Source: Planctomycetota bacterium (GTDB taxonomy: Bacteria > Planctomycetota > UBA8108 > SXIK01). Taken from it: DNA of 64,000 bases. The stretch covers positions 1,600,001-1,664,000 of the forward strand of contig OZ244999.1 in assembly GCA_965223265.1 (NCBI GenBank), written 5' to 3'. Below are positions 8,427 through 19,400 of this stretch, piece after piece (the first letter of the stretch is position 1; each line of letters starts with the position of its first letter). The notes under the pieces were generated by a model. It did not search any database. It worked only from the letters and a program-made list of their open reading frames with translations, and was not told where the DNA came from. The translations under genes and the position numbers were made by a program.

Positions 8427-10769
8427 TCACTGAGGAAGTCCAAGGCTTGGCGTTGGGCCAAGTGGCGCCGACCCACGGCCGGGAAGTCCTGAGGGCATCG
8501 TTGGCACACCCGGTCTGGGAGCGCTGCCGAATGGCGCCGTCGGTACGCCTGCATTCGGTATCGACGGCTGAGGCACTGCGGGCATTTTGGGGCTCTTTTC
8601 TTGATCGCCGGGAGATTCTTTTGTCGCTGCTGCGATGAATTCCCTGTCGGTCTCGAGCTGGTCCTCTCCGAACTTTGAGGTGACGAACGATTCGAATTCG
8701 TCTTGTACTTCGGCATCTTGAGGTCTTTTGAGAAGATAGCTCAGATAGTCCGCCCGTGCGTTGTGTCGATATCCTACGGCGCGATAGGCGCGTGCCCTTG
8801 ACAGTAGGAAGATCAGATTGTTGGGTCGCAATGCGACCGCCTCGTTGAATAGTGAGAGCCCGTCGTCGTAGCGCTCCAACGAGTAATACGCCATAGCGAG
8901 GTTCGCTACCGCCAGAGCATACTCTGGGTCGAGTCGAAGCGCTTCTTCGAGGAGCTCAGTCGCATGTTCTGGCATTTCAGCTTCGGCAAGGGTGCCGCCC
9001 AGATTGTTCAGCGCCTCCTTGAGACCCCAGGAGTACTCCGCGGCCCGAAGAATTGCAGCCGCAGCAGTTTCTTTGTCGTCGAGAGCGATTGCGGTGCGAG
9101 CCCGTGCGTAGTAGTAATCCGACAAGATCAGGTCAACGCCAAAGGCTCCCGAAGGGCGTTCAAGGCTTGCTGGCCGAAACGAAAGCGCGTCCCACGTCTC
9201 CGTCAGCTGCTCACCATCCGGAGTTTGGCCACCGTCGACCACCTCGAACACAAGTCCAGACGTCTGTAGCTCGTATCCCCCGAGTCCTTCCTCTTGTTTC
9301 TTGGCCGTCAGATACACCGGGCGAAGTGAGTGTTTGATCAGATAGAGAACTTTTTCCGAGCTCGACTTGCCAAGAGGAGGTGCCACGGGAGGAGGGGACT
9401 CTCTCGAGAACACTTCTCGAAAGATTCTGTCTTCGACGTATCCGTACCGATCTCCGATCAGTACATCCGGCCTGAGCCCTTCGCACGCCTGAAGGTAGAT
9501 CAGGGGAAATGTTGAGTGGTCAGCCGCGGGAAAAATGATGGCTTCCGGTTTCAGGGACGAAAGAATGTTGCGTCCCCATTCGTCTGCCAAGTACTCGTCA
9601 CTATGATCGTTCGCGCGGAAATGGAGAACGAGCGGCGTCGACGCGACCAACACCGCGGCGACGGCGATGGCCGTGCGCGCCTGGGTCCGAAATCGTCGCC
9701 GGACGAAACGCTTACGAAGCCACCGTGCGCAGGCGGAGGCTCCGATTCCGAGCCAGAGAGCGCCGATCGCGTTCGCGGGAAGGAACATGACGCGCGTGAG
9801 GTGCAGATTCTCGCGGTCCGCCGGGTAGTTGAGCAGCCAGATGAAGCCGTAGCTCGTCATCACGAACAGTATCGTGAAGAGGAGCCATGTCGCCAAGTGC
9901 CGTCGCCGTTGAACCGCAAATCCCACGAGGGTAAGGAAAGCAAACGGCACGCCAAACTGTGACGCGAACGACTTGCAGAAACTCCAAGCGAGAATCGCCT
10001 GGTGGGCGAACGTTCGTGGTGTCGGCGTTTCGGACTGCGTGTATTGACGTCTGAGCAAATGGTCTTTGACGGCCGCGAGAGTTTCGGGGTTACCCCAGTC
10101 CATCACAGGATCGACAGCTGATCGTAGTGGTAGATAGAGCACGATCGAGAAACCCAACAAGAACGATAGCGCCATGTTGAGCAGTAGGATCGGCTGGCGG
10201 AAGAGATCCCAGTGGCGAAGGAACACCCAGCCGAGAAACACCGGTAAGAGTGGACCCATGGTACTGTGATTCGTCAAACTGAGTCCGAGTACGAATGCTG
10301 TTCCGTAGAGCCACCGCGTCTTGAACGTGTCTTCAAATCTGAAGAGAAGCCAGATGACACCGAGGAAAAAGAGCACGTTGAGGGTATAGACTTCCGCAAC
10401 GACACTCTGGTTCCAGAAGTCGCGGCTGAAAGCGAATGCGAGAGCTGCGCCGACCGCGATGGATAGACTGTGCGTCCAGCGAAGAACGAGAAGCGCAAGT
10501 ATTCCAACGCTCACGCTACCGAGCGTCGCCGACAGCAGGTTCACCCGCCAGGCCACACTGCCAAACGGTAGAAAGGTGAACGACTTGCCGAGGAGGCACC
10601 AAAGCGGGTAGCCCGGTGGGTGAGCGACACCGAGCGTGTAGGCTGCAGTGATGAGTTCACCACTGTCTTCGCTCGTCACCGTAGGTGCGAGCGTGATCCA
10701 GTAGACCGCGAACGATAGCAGGAAACTGAGCCAGAACGCTCGAATTCGCCGAGAACGAAACCTATTCAC
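8427..10769 (-). CDS. DUF2723 / TMEM260-like GT-C protein O-mannosyltransferase with TPRs and Pro-rich tail
   Basis: TLAPTVTSEDSGELITAAYTLGVAHPPGYPL signature, AEVY, DWGNP, many TM helices, C-terminal TPR repeats. Confidence 0.88.
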   Translation of the reverse strand: MNRFRSRRIRAFWLSFLLSFAVYWITLAPTVTSEDSGELITAAYTLGVAHPPGYPLWCLLGKSFTFLPFGSVAWRVNLLSATLGSVSVGILALLVLRWTHSLSIAVGAALAFAFSRDFWNQSVVAEVYTLNVLFFLGVIWLLFRFEDTFKTRWLYGTAFVLGLSLTNHSTMGPLLPVFLGWVFLRHWDLFRQPILLLNMALSFLLGFSIVLYLPLRSAVDPVMDWGNPETLAAVKDHLLRRQYTQSETPTPRTFAHQAILAWSFCKSFASQFGVPFAFLTLVGFAVQRRRHLATWLLFTILFVMTSYGFIWLLNYPADRENLHLTRVMFLPANAIGALWLGIGASACARWLRKRFVRRRFRTQARTAIAVAAVLVASTPLVLHFRANDHSDEYLADEWGRNILSSLKPEAIIFPAADHSTFPLIYLQACEGLRPDVLIGDRYGYVEDRIFREVFSRESPPPVAPPLGKSSSEKVLYLIKHSLRPVYLTAKKQEEGLGGYELQTSGLVFEVVDGGQTPDGEQLTETWDALSFRPASLERPSGAFGVDLILSDYYYARARTAIALDDKETAAAAILRAAEYSWGLKEALNNLGGTLAEAEMPEHATELLEEALRLDPEYALAVANLAMAYYSLERYDDGLSLFNEAVALRPNNLIFLLSRARAYRAVGYRHNARADYLSYLLKRPQDAEVQDEFESFVTSKFGEDQLETDREFIAAATKESPGDQEKSPKMPAVPQPSIPNAGVPTAPFGSAPRPGVPTMPSGLPGRGSAPLGPTPSLGLPQ

Positions 10770-11373
10770 GATGACTCCGTTTCAGGCTTGCTAAGGCCTT
10801 CTCTCTTTCCGCTTTCTCCTGTGCTGACTCTCCAGCCCTCGATTGAAGGGCCTCTAAGTCAGCCGGGGCACCACTCCGTCCGATGATCTCATAGGCGATG
10901 GAGCGGAGAATCCCGCTTGCTCGTTCTTCGCCAGAGATTTTTCGTGCTGCTTCAAGTGCGGCGACCGGGTCGCGTGTCGCGAGCCATTTCAGCAGCGTGG
11001 TGCGCAGGTGGTTCGGAAAGTACGGATTGTTGAGCGCATCGCGAAGCCTGTCGTCGTGAGCTCGCGAGTTCATGAGGGCGACGACCGCGGCGCGATTTGG
11101 TGCCGTCTCAAGCTGAGCCAGAGCGTCGTCGATCTTGACTTCCGGGAGGGGCTCCAAAACAGGCTCTGAGCTCGCCCTTTCAGCGCACTGGGCGCTGGTC
11201 GCCTCCGAAGTCTCCACGGCCATGCGCAATTCACTGATCGTGATCACCGCAATAAAGACAACGGCCGTCGTGGCAACGATTGGCGGCAGGGTCAACTTGA
11301 GTGCCATCTTTGAATCGTCCGCATCAGAGGGACCTTTTAATGATGTTGGCTTTGTGGTCGGTGTTTCAGGCAT
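10762..11373 (-). CDS. Single-pass membrane protein with HEAT-like C-terminus (candidate anti-sigma partner)
   Basis: One TM helix; ATG overlaps the sigma stop (TAATG) and its own end overlaps the DUF2723 start. Confidence 0.6.
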   Translation of the reverse strand: MPETPTTKPTSLKGPSDADDSKMALKLTLPPIVATTAVVFIAVITISELRMAVETSEATSAQCAERASSEPVLEPLPEVKIDDALAQLETAPNRAAVVALMNSRAHDDRLRDALNNPYFPNHLRTTLLKWLATRDPVAALEAARKISGEERASGILRSIAYEIIGRSGAPADLEALQSRAGESAQEKAEREKALASLKRSHRE

Positions 11374-11966
11374 TACTTCCGCTCCACTTTTAAGATTCGA
11401 CGCAGCTGTGAACGAGCTCTTTGTAGCCGTTTGTACACTGTCCAGTCGGAGACACCTAGTAACTCGGCGATCGTCGGCACGTCGAGATTGTCGAAGTACA
11501 TGAGTCGGACGACGACAGCAAGGTCCTGGGTGAGCGTCTCCAGAAGCAGACTCACCGTCTCCGAGAGCTCTTCTCGATCGTTCTGATGTTCCACCTCGGT
11601 CTGCTTCTCGCGCAGTTCACTGCTCCTCCTGTGCACATAGTTCTTTTCAAAAGCTCTCTTGCGTGCAGCGTCTCTACGCTCAATGTTTTTAACAAGGAAT
11701 CTCGCGGTGCAACACAGATGCCTGAAGAGTCGCTCGGAGGAAACATCCAGCGGCTCCGATTCACACCGTCTCGCAAGAACGACGCTGTACGTTTCTTGAA
11801 CGACATCCTCGGCCTCGATGAATGAGATCCTCCGCGAGGAGATCGCATCGATGTATCCGAGCAATCGAGGGCGTGCCTCCTGAAGCAACGTCCCCAAGTC
11901 ATCCACGTCAAGAGACGAAAGAGTTTCCCTATTCATGGCACCCCCCACCCGGTGATGGACGCTCAA
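11373..11966 (-). CDS. ECF RNA polymerase sigma factor
   Basis: AEDVVQETY region 2; IAELLGVSDWTVYKRLQRARSQLR region 4; start may be ATG 11936. Confidence 0.88.
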   Translation of the reverse strand: MSVHHRVGGAMNRETLSSLDVDDLGTLLQEARPRLLGYIDAISSRRISFIEAEDVVQETYSVVLARRCESEPLDVSSERLFRHLCCTARFLVKNIERRDAARKRAFEKNYVHRRSSELREKQTEVEHQNDREELSETVSLLLETLTQDLAVVVRLMYFDNLDVPTIAELLGVSDWTVYKRLQRARSQLRRILKVERK

Positions 11967-12204
11967 CGCGCCAGGGTCGCGGTGAAGACTAAGGTTCTGT
12001 CTCTAAGAATTTGGTCGCCCGCGAGGAGTTTCTCTTTCCCCGTAATGAGAGATGTCGCGAGTGCAGACTTTTTGGACAAAGAAAAAGCATTTGTCAGAAC
12101 TTTACTTTTTCGTCCAAAGCTGACTGCCGCGCCACATCTCCAGGTATAGGGCCGCGACAGTTTGAGCGCAACCTTTTTTGCAAAGCGACGCCAGGAGGAA
12201 AGAG

Positions 12205-12220
12205 ATGGCAGCTTCCGTAG
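12205..12220 (+). pseudogene. Original 5' end (RBS AGGAGG + MAASV) of the polyprenol-P-mannose synthase gene, separated by an IS
   Basis: Removing the IS and one duplication gives ATG GCA GCT TCC GTA GTC CTT CTT CCT ACC TAC AAC GAG = MAASVVLLPTYNE. Confidence 0.85.
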
Positions 12221-13837
12221 GGGTGGCCATCTCGCATTTGATGATCGCATAAGGACTTACGATGACGAACGCCCTGCTTCGTGACAAATTGGTCGCAGTG
12301 CGAAACGCGGAAGCAGGGCGTGTCGATGAATTTTCGATGAAATGGGCAGAGCCTTTGGTAGAAGGACGCTCGCAAAAAAGTGTTCGACTACGAAAGGATG
12401 CCCAAGATGAAGAGAGATTACATCGATGACGACGCGCTCGATACCCCTGCCTTCGAAGCATTGCGGAACTATCTTCGCGAGCACCGGTCGCAACCGATCG
12501 GCGAGTGTGGGGACTTCGAGGAGCACGAGCGGGAAGTTCACCGTCTGATGTCCGTGTGTGAGACGGAGTTGCTCGCCGAGGATCTCGTTCGACACGACGT
12601 GGAGGCCAAGTACATCCGGGTGGACGGCGTCCGCCACCGCAAAGCGTTTCGCGCCGAGCAGACGTACGTTGGGCAGTCTGGATCGATGAAGGTCGAAAGG
12701 AACGTCTACCAACCCATCGGCGGAGGCCCTTCGGTCTGCCCCCTGGAATTGCGAAGCGGCATTGTCGAGGGGGCGTGGACCCCGCGAGCGGCACGGATCA
12801 TGGCGACCATGGTGGCCGAAATTCCTCCGAGTGACGCCGCGAGCATCATTGCTGAATTTGGTGGCATGGCTCCGTCGAGCAGCAGTTTGGATCGACTACC
12901 AAAACTTCTCTCGGAGGATTGGGAGGCGCACCGATTGGATTGGGAGGAAACCCTTCGCAGCCAGGACCGCGTGCCGACCGAAGCTTCCGTCATCGCCGTT
13001 TCCCTCGACGGCGTACACGTGCCACTGAAGAAGGAGGAGGTGCAGCATGATCCGAACAACAAGAACGGTTATCGCGAGGCAAGCTGCGGGACGGTGACGT
13101 ACCTGGACAAGGACGGCAAGCGAATCTCGACGGTTCGCTTCGCGAGGATGCCAGAGAGCAAGAAGCGAACTCTGAAGGCGCAGTTGGAGGCGGAGTTCAC
13201 CTGGGCGATGGAGCAACGTCCCGACCTTACCGTGGTGAAGATCGCCGACGGTGCTCCGGACAATTGGGAGTTCTTGCAGGAACTTGGAGACGGTTGCGGA
13301 GTCGAAATCCTCGACTTCTATCACGCTGCAGCGCATCTGAAGGAAGCCGCCGATGCGGTCTACGGGACTGAAACTCCGGAAGCCCGGGCATTCTTCCAGT
13401 CGTGGAGAACCACACTGAAGGAGGATCCCCAGGGGGCCGACAAAATCATCCGTGCTGTGCGGTATCGACGGGACAAGGCTGACGGCAAAGCTCGTAAGAC
13501 GTTGACAGCCGCACTGAAATATTTCCGTTCGATGCGAAATGGAATGGAATACCACGCCTACAAGGAAGCGTGCTTGCCGATCGGAAGCGGCGTGGTAGAG
13601 GCCGCGTGCAAGACCCTCGTGAGCGAGCGGCTCAAGCAGTCCGGCATGCGTTGGACGCTACGCGGCGGACAGGCGATTCTGACGCTTCGAAGTCTTCTCC
13701 AAAGCACTCGGTGGGACAATGCCTGGGACGTTCTCGCTCGTTCCTACAAAGCCGAGATCCGAGTCGATGGCCAGCGTCAACACCGACCGCAAGCAGCGTG
13801 AGATGTGCCGCAAATTCGAAATACGAGACGGTCACCC
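12221..13837 (+). mobile_element. Complete IS (ISKra4/ISLre2-like) with TIRs and target duplication
   Basis: Left end GGGTGGCCATCTCGCATTT vs reverse complement of right end GGGTGACCGTCTCGTATTT; flanking direct repeat CTTCCGTAG at 12212-12220 and 13838-13846. Confidence 0.92.
12398..13801 (+). CDS. ISKra4-like DDE transposase
   Basis: SLDG, IADGA..NW, LDFYHA..HL, LPIGSGVVEAACK..RLK.SGMRW motifs. Confidence 0.9.
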   Translation: MPKMKRDYIDDDALDTPAFEALRNYLREHRSQPIGECGDFEEHEREVHRLMSVCETELLAEDLVRHDVEAKYIRVDGVRHRKAFRAEQTYVGQSGSMKVERNVYQPIGGGPSVCPLELRSGIVEGAWTPRAARIMATMVAEIPPSDAASIIAEFGGMAPSSSSLDRLPKLLSEDWEAHRLDWEETLRSQDRVPTEASVIAVSLDGVHVPLKKEEVQHDPNNKNGYREASCGTVTYLDKDGKRISTVRFARMPESKKRTLKAQLEAEFTWAMEQRPDLTVVKIADGAPDNWEFLQELGDGCGVEILDFYHAAAHLKEAADAVYGTETPEARAFFQSWRTTLKEDPQGADKIIRAVRYRRDKADGKARKTLTAALKYFRSMRNGMEYHAYKEACLPIGSGVVEAACKTLVSERLKQSGMRWTLRGGQAILTLRSLLQSTRWDNAWDVLARSYKAEIRVDGQRQHRPQAA

Positions 13838-15501
13838 CTTCCGTAGTCCTTCTTCCTACCTACAACGAGCGTGAGAACATACGACAGATTCTTCCACGAC
13901 TCGGTGCACTTCGCAGCGTCGATGTATTTGTCATCGATGACTCTTCACCCGATGGCACAGCAACGCTTGCGCGTTCGCTGGGGAAAGAGATCGGCGGAGT
14001 CTCGGTCATCGTTCGCAAAGAGAAACAGGGACTCGGAAGAGCTTACGTTCACGGGCTGAAGCGCGCGCTTGCGGAGGGGTACGAACGCATCGTTACGATG
14101 GATGCTGACCTTTCCCACTCGCCCGAGGACGTGCCACGTCTACTTAACGGGCTCGAAAGCGCCGAGGTTGCGATCGGATCGCGGCACGTAAGTGGGGGCG
14201 GGGTCGAGGATTGGCCCCTGTCTCGTCGGGTTTTGAGTCGCTGCGGCAGCCTCTATGCAAGGACACTGCTTCGCCTCCCGGCGAGTGACGTGACCAGTGG
14301 ATTTCGAGCCTATCGTGCGGAAGCACTGGAGTATCTCGATTGGGACGAATTCGAGTCGAACGGGTTTGTCTATCAGATCGAGATTCTGCGCCGGATTCTT
14401 GACATCCCCGGTGCGCGCGTGAGTGAGGTTCCTATTGTTTTTCGTAACAGAAGGTTGGGTGACTCTAAGCTGTCGCATGGCATTGTCACGGAAGCGATCG
14501 CTGAAGTTGCAAAGCTTTGTCTCAGGAAGAGATCGATCCCGGAGCGCTGCTTTGTGCCGCCTGACTCCAAAGTGCAGTCGAGCCTTGAGCATTTCGTCGA
14601 TGTCGAGGCGTTTGCCGCTGCGCGTTCTTTACGCAATTATGATTATAGTTCGGCGGATGATCTACTCCCTACAGACTACGCAAAATCTAGACTCTTCCGC
14701 TCTGCAAAGCAACGGAGCTTGATAGGACGTTCTCGCGACAACGATTCAGGCCCTTCGGCGGCTCCAAGGGCCTTTGACGGGAAGGAATGCGACTACGTGC
14801 TGCTCGGGGCAGAGCCTGCGTCGGTGGCGACCCGACGGTACTTGAGTGTCCTACAGCGCGACCCGAACGTCGCCGCCGTCGGCGGACCGGCGGTTCCGGC
14901 CGCAGGTCAGGCCGAGGGGCTCACAGAGTCGGTTCTCGGGGACCCGTGGATTGTCGGTCGTCGCGCTGCACGCTGGCGGAGCTTCGGCTGTGCACGTTTC
15001 GTGGATGAGCGTGAGCTCAGTCCTGCGAATCTTTGCGTCCGTAAGGCGCTCGTTGCGCGAGATCACGACTCCTGCAGCGCACGAGGCTCCGAGGTGACTG
15101 AAGTTCTCGGGCGACTTCGTCGTCGTGGTTTGCGTCTGGTCTACGACCCGAAGTCGTCAGCCGAGCGAAGCGCCACCACGAGACTCCAGCGGCGGGGGCT
15201 CTTTTCCGCAGGAATCGCTGAGGGCCGCCTGTGCACGCGGAGACGCAGCCTCACCGGGGCCGTGACGCTGCTGGGTGGTGTCGTGCTCGCGCTGTTGGCA
15301 TGGCGAAGCGGTCACGTGGCGGCCGTTCCTCTCGCTCTTGGAGCGACCTACGTCGCGTATCTCGGCGTCGTCGCCGCGCGTCATCTTCGCAAACGCAAGA
15401 CACTTCGCGCCGCGATGGCGATCGCCGCGCTCGGTTGTCTGTGGCAACTCGGTTACTTGGTGGGATCCGTCCAGGGATTCTTCTCGGCACGATCTACGTG
15501 A
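13798..15501 (+). CDS. Polyprenol monophosphomannose synthase (DPM1-like GT2) fused to a degenerate second GT2-like region and TM helices; IS-interrupted, possible alternative GTG start
   Basis: PTYNERENI, IDDSSPDGT, GLGRAY, MDADLSH, D.TSGFRAY, EVPIVF..R..G.SK; in-frame GTG at 13798 overlaps the transposase TGA. Confidence 0.8.
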   Translation: MRCAANSKYETVTPSVVLLPTYNERENIRQILPRLGALRSVDVFVIDDSSPDGTATLARSLGKEIGGVSVIVRKEKQGLGRAYVHGLKRALAEGYERIVTMDADLSHSPEDVPRLLNGLESAEVAIGSRHVSGGGVEDWPLSRRVLSRCGSLYARTLLRLPASDVTSGFRAYRAEALEYLDWDEFESNGFVYQIEILRRILDIPGARVSEVPIVFRNRRLGDSKLSHGIVTEAIAEVAKLCLRKRSIPERCFVPPDSKVQSSLEHFVDVEAFAAARSLRNYDYSSADDLLPTDYAKSRLFRSAKQRSLIGRSRDNDSGPSAAPRAFDGKECDYVLLGAEPASVATRRYLSVLQRDPNVAAVGGPAVPAAGQAEGLTESVLGDPWIVGRRAARWRSFGCARFVDERELSPANLCVRKALVARDHDSCSARGSEVTEVLGRLRRRGLRLVYDPKSSAERSATTRLQRRGLFSAGIAEGRLCTRRRSLTGAVTLLGGVVLALLAWRSGHVAAVPLALGATYVAYLGVVAARHLRKRKTLRAAMAIAALGCLWQLGYLVGSVQGFFSARST

Positions 15502-15598
15502 CCGCGGCGCGGCCTGTTGCCGCCATCCGATCCGTCCTCGCAATTCAAATCAGGAGAGGCCGACTTTGGCCATAGTCTAACCAAGGTGGAGACCAGAG

Positions 15599-16426
15599 AT
15601 GAAACGTATCGCGCTTTCGTCCTGCATGGCAGTGCTTGTTGCGGCTGTGTGTTTCATTGTCGTTCGCGGCGTCGGAGTGCGTGCGGCGCAGGAGTCACCC
15701 CTTTCGTTCTTTGCGACGCCGAGCGTTGTGCCGCCGGGGGAAGGCTGGGTCTTCATCGGCGGCAAGGACGGACTACCAGAGGACGCGCGCGTTGACAGCC
15801 TCAGCGGTGACGTTGTGGTTCTCGAGACGCAGCGCCTTTCAAGGACGTCCATGGCCGTGCGACTGCAGGTGGGTACGCAGGCGCTGGGGAATCTCCTCCT
15901 GCTGAGCTCCGAACTGCTGGCGGCGTCTGAGGAGGTGGCTGTTGTCCGCGGTTTCAATGCCATGCCACTGCTGACGGATCCCGCCAACTACACCGAGGAC
16001 GACGTGATCGACGGCAAGCTGATCGTCGATGACGAGCATTTCATCTACGCGTTCCATCCAGCCCCGGACGTCGAGCTCGACGCGGTGCGTGTCCACAACC
16101 GCCAGACCGGGAGGTGGCACACGCTGGAGTACGGGGAGGAGCGTGCGATTGAGGCGGTGCGCGACGAAGAGCGGCGGGCCCGAGTCGCGGCCGACCCGAA
16201 CTTTCACGAGACCGACGAGCTCATCTCGCTCCCCGACACCGACGGCGATGGCATTTACGACTTCGAGGAAGAGCCTGAGCCAGAAGTTGCTCGTCCCGAT
16301 TTTGTCGGCGTGACGGTCGTTCCCGGCGACAACGTGATCGACGTCGTCGCGATCGACACGCTAGGGAACGCATCGTGGGAGACGCTCTATGTATTCTCGC
16401 TTGGCAGCGCAGAGGAGGCGAGGTGA
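15599..16426 (+). CDS. Exported Ig-like protein with acidic DTDGDG (Ca-binding-like) insert
   Basis: N-terminal signal/TM; PGDNVIDVVAIDTLGN Ig-like strand pattern; 3 bp upstream of the RHS gene. Confidence 0.7.
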   Translation: MKRIALSSCMAVLVAAVCFIVVRGVGVRAAQESPLSFFATPSVVPPGEGWVFIGGKDGLPEDARVDSLSGDVVVLETQRLSRTSMAVRLQVGTQALGNLLLLSSELLAASEEVAVVRGFNAMPLLTDPANYTEDDVIDGKLIVDDEHFIYAFHPAPDVELDAVRVHNRQTGRWHTLEYGEERAIEAVRDEERRARVAADPNFHETDELISLPDTDGDGIYDFEEEPEPEVARPDFVGVTVVPGDNVIDVVAIDTLGNASWETLYVFSLGSAEEAR

Positions 16427-16429
16427 GAC

Positions 16430-19400
16430 ATGAATAGCAAACGACTCTCTGATCTCACGCAGTCCCTAGACAAGAAGAAATCACACTCACTGACGAGGTC
16501 CAAGATGAAAGAGCACCTGCGAGGACGCCGGGCAGAGTTGTACTTCACGGCCGTTGGTCTCACGCTTCTGACGGCGCTTTTTGCTGCGTACTTGACCGTA
16601 CGTCAGGTGAAGTCTGCTTCTGCTGTCTACGAGAGTGGCCCGCGGCTCTTTTCTCAGTCGACAAGCGAGGTGGTCCCGGGAGCAAGCCAGCAGGTGCTGG
16701 TGGTTGGAGAGGAAACTCACTTCGGACCAGAAAGCACGATTCACAGCGAAGTAGACGGCGTCTACTTCGACTCGGTCGGGTTTGCCTCGGAGGGCGAACT
16801 CTGGTTCAGCATTTTCGTCACGAGCGAAGCGCAGAGAGCCGAGGGGTCTGAGATCCCGGTGAGCGTGCACTCGCCGAAGCGCGATGGCACGGTGGAGGAG
16901 CTGCCGCTGAGCTTGCGCCTGACCCACCGTGCGGCGCCCCTCGAGCTCGATCTGGTCAATCTACCCGACGACGGCGAAGCTGTCGTGCCGACGGAGCACG
17001 CCATGCTCGGCTACGAGCCTCGCGGCTACGCTCCCTTTCACTTGGAGGTCGTGAATCTCGAGACCGGAGAGACGCAGAGGCAGGAGACACAGCAAAAGCG
17101 TGAGCACTTGGGGGTGCCGCTCGAGCTCGGCGTGAATGCGTTTCAACTCACTCTTCGCGACGCGCTGGGGCGAGAGGTCACAGAAGTCGTCGAGGTCTAT
17201 CGAGAAAGCCCGGAAGCGAAGCAGCTAGCCGCCGCATTCAAGGCTGAAATGGCCTTCATGGCCGACTACACGGGGCAGCCGACTCAGTGGTCCTCGGACC
17301 CAAGCGAGCAGGTGGCGGCGAGTGACTGTGTGCTGGGGAATAGCCTGATCGGCTGCGGCGCCGGTGGTGGCTGCGGCGGAGGAGGCATCTCCGCCCCGCC
17401 AAATGATTACGTCACGAGTCTCGGCGGTGTCGATGTACGCGGCGACGGAGTGCTGCTTCACAACGGGCAGTTCCGCCACGAGGTGGTCGATATGGTCATC
17501 CGCGGCCGTGGGCTCAATTTTACGTTCAAGCGCACGTACCAGAGCGGCAACTACGACAAGCTCGACGGATACCTTGGGGCGGGCTGGGACTTCAACTGGG
17601 GGACTCACTTTCTCAACACCGGAAAATTCTCCCGTGGGGACAATCGACGCGACACCTACAGCAACCTTCAGAAAGTTGGAGGCGAGCAGGTCTTTCAGAC
17701 GCATCCCAAAGGTTACTACGACATCAAAACGTACACGAAGACGAGCGAAATCTTCCAGATCAAACGCAACGGACTCGAGCAGACGTTTGACGAGGCGACG
17801 GGACGCCTGAAAAGTCGCGAGGACCGCTATGGCAACCTATTCACCGCGTCCTACAGCATCGCCGGCAAGATGACGAAGCTCACCGACACGCTTGGGCGTG
17901 AGATCTCGTTCCTTTATCACACCTCGGGCGACGGGCAGGGGCGTCTGCGGAAAGTGGAGGATTTCGATGGTCGTCAAGTAGAGTACGAGTACGCATCAAA
18001 GGGAGGGCGCATCGTCCTGACAAAAGTGAAATACCCGTCGACGTCATGGATCAATGAGTCGGGAAATCCGGTGACTCAAAGTCGTACGAACGAGTACGAG
18101 TATGACAACACCAACGGTCGCCTAACGGCAGTCGTTGACGGGCGAGGGAACACGCGAGTCGACAACGCGTATGATGCCAACGGCCGCGTCACTGCACAAA
18201 CGGTCTACGGCGGCGCGTCTGACTACACGTTCGACTACACCGTGAGCTCTGGAAAAGTCGACGACGTTACCTATGTGACTCCTGAAGGAAACGAGTCGAG
18301 GTTCTATTTCGACTCCTCAGAGCATCTTTCGACGAAGGTCGAAGTTGACTACAAGGCGCTCGGCGCCACCACAACGTCGACGGCGACGACTCTGATCACC
18401 CGCGGATGTGACTGCACCGTGCCAACCGCTGTGCAAGAGCCTGACGACGGCTACACAGAGTGGACGATCGATAGCGATGGCAACGTGACGGAGGTGCTCC
18501 AGTATTTTGACGACCAGAGCCCGTACACGAAAACGGCGGGATCTGACCTCGTGAAAAAGGCCTACCACGCGCCGGTTTCAGACACTGAGTTCGGCGTCAT
18601 GACGAAGTTCGTTGGGCCGATGGCGTTCACCGCAACTCCCGATGAGAACAAGTACGCCATAGAAATTACCTACGACACGAGCGGAAATCCGACTGACATC
18701 ACGAAAGCAGATACAACGAATCCTACTCAAACACTCGTCATCGAAGAGAGGACGTATAACAGCTATGGACAACTGCTCACGGTCTCGGGTGAAGAGGGCA
18801 TGGAAACCAACTATACGTACTTCACGTCCGGAACTCAGGATGGGTACTTGGAAAAAGTCCGTGTGAAATACAGGACCACCGCTTCGTATCTAGAGACCGT
18901 CTTCACATATAACGTCTTTGGTTTTATCGCTTCAAGACGAGATCCAGAAGGGAACTATACGTCTTTCTCTCGAAACGATGAACAAGTCGTTACGATCGTG
19001 ACGTCTCCCTCGCCGTTTTCTTACAAGACGCACACGGATTACAACCTGAACCGGCAGGTGGTCAAGACTGAACTCGAGAACCGCCACGGAACTGGTGCAC
19101 GAATCACCGGTAACGAATATTGGGAAACTGAGTTTCTCTACGACGCAGCGGGAAATCTCACGACACAAAAACGTGAAATTAGCCAATCGGGGGCGACTGT
19201 AACGTGGGCAGAAATCGACCGCGAGTACGACGACGACTACCGGCTCACTCTGGTTCGCGATCCTGAGAACCGTGAGACGAAGTTTGAGCTTGACGAGCGT
19301 GGCCTACCGACCAAGGTGCGACGAGGAAACGGCTCAGCTGACGAGAGCGTTGTCGAGCGGGACTTTGACGTGGACGGTCAGCTTGTAGAAATCACTGAAT

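Noticed and set aside
13570-13797. Long N-terminal extension of the GT2 ORF
   Set aside because: It lies inside the transposase in another frame; the real start was ATG 12205 before IS insertion
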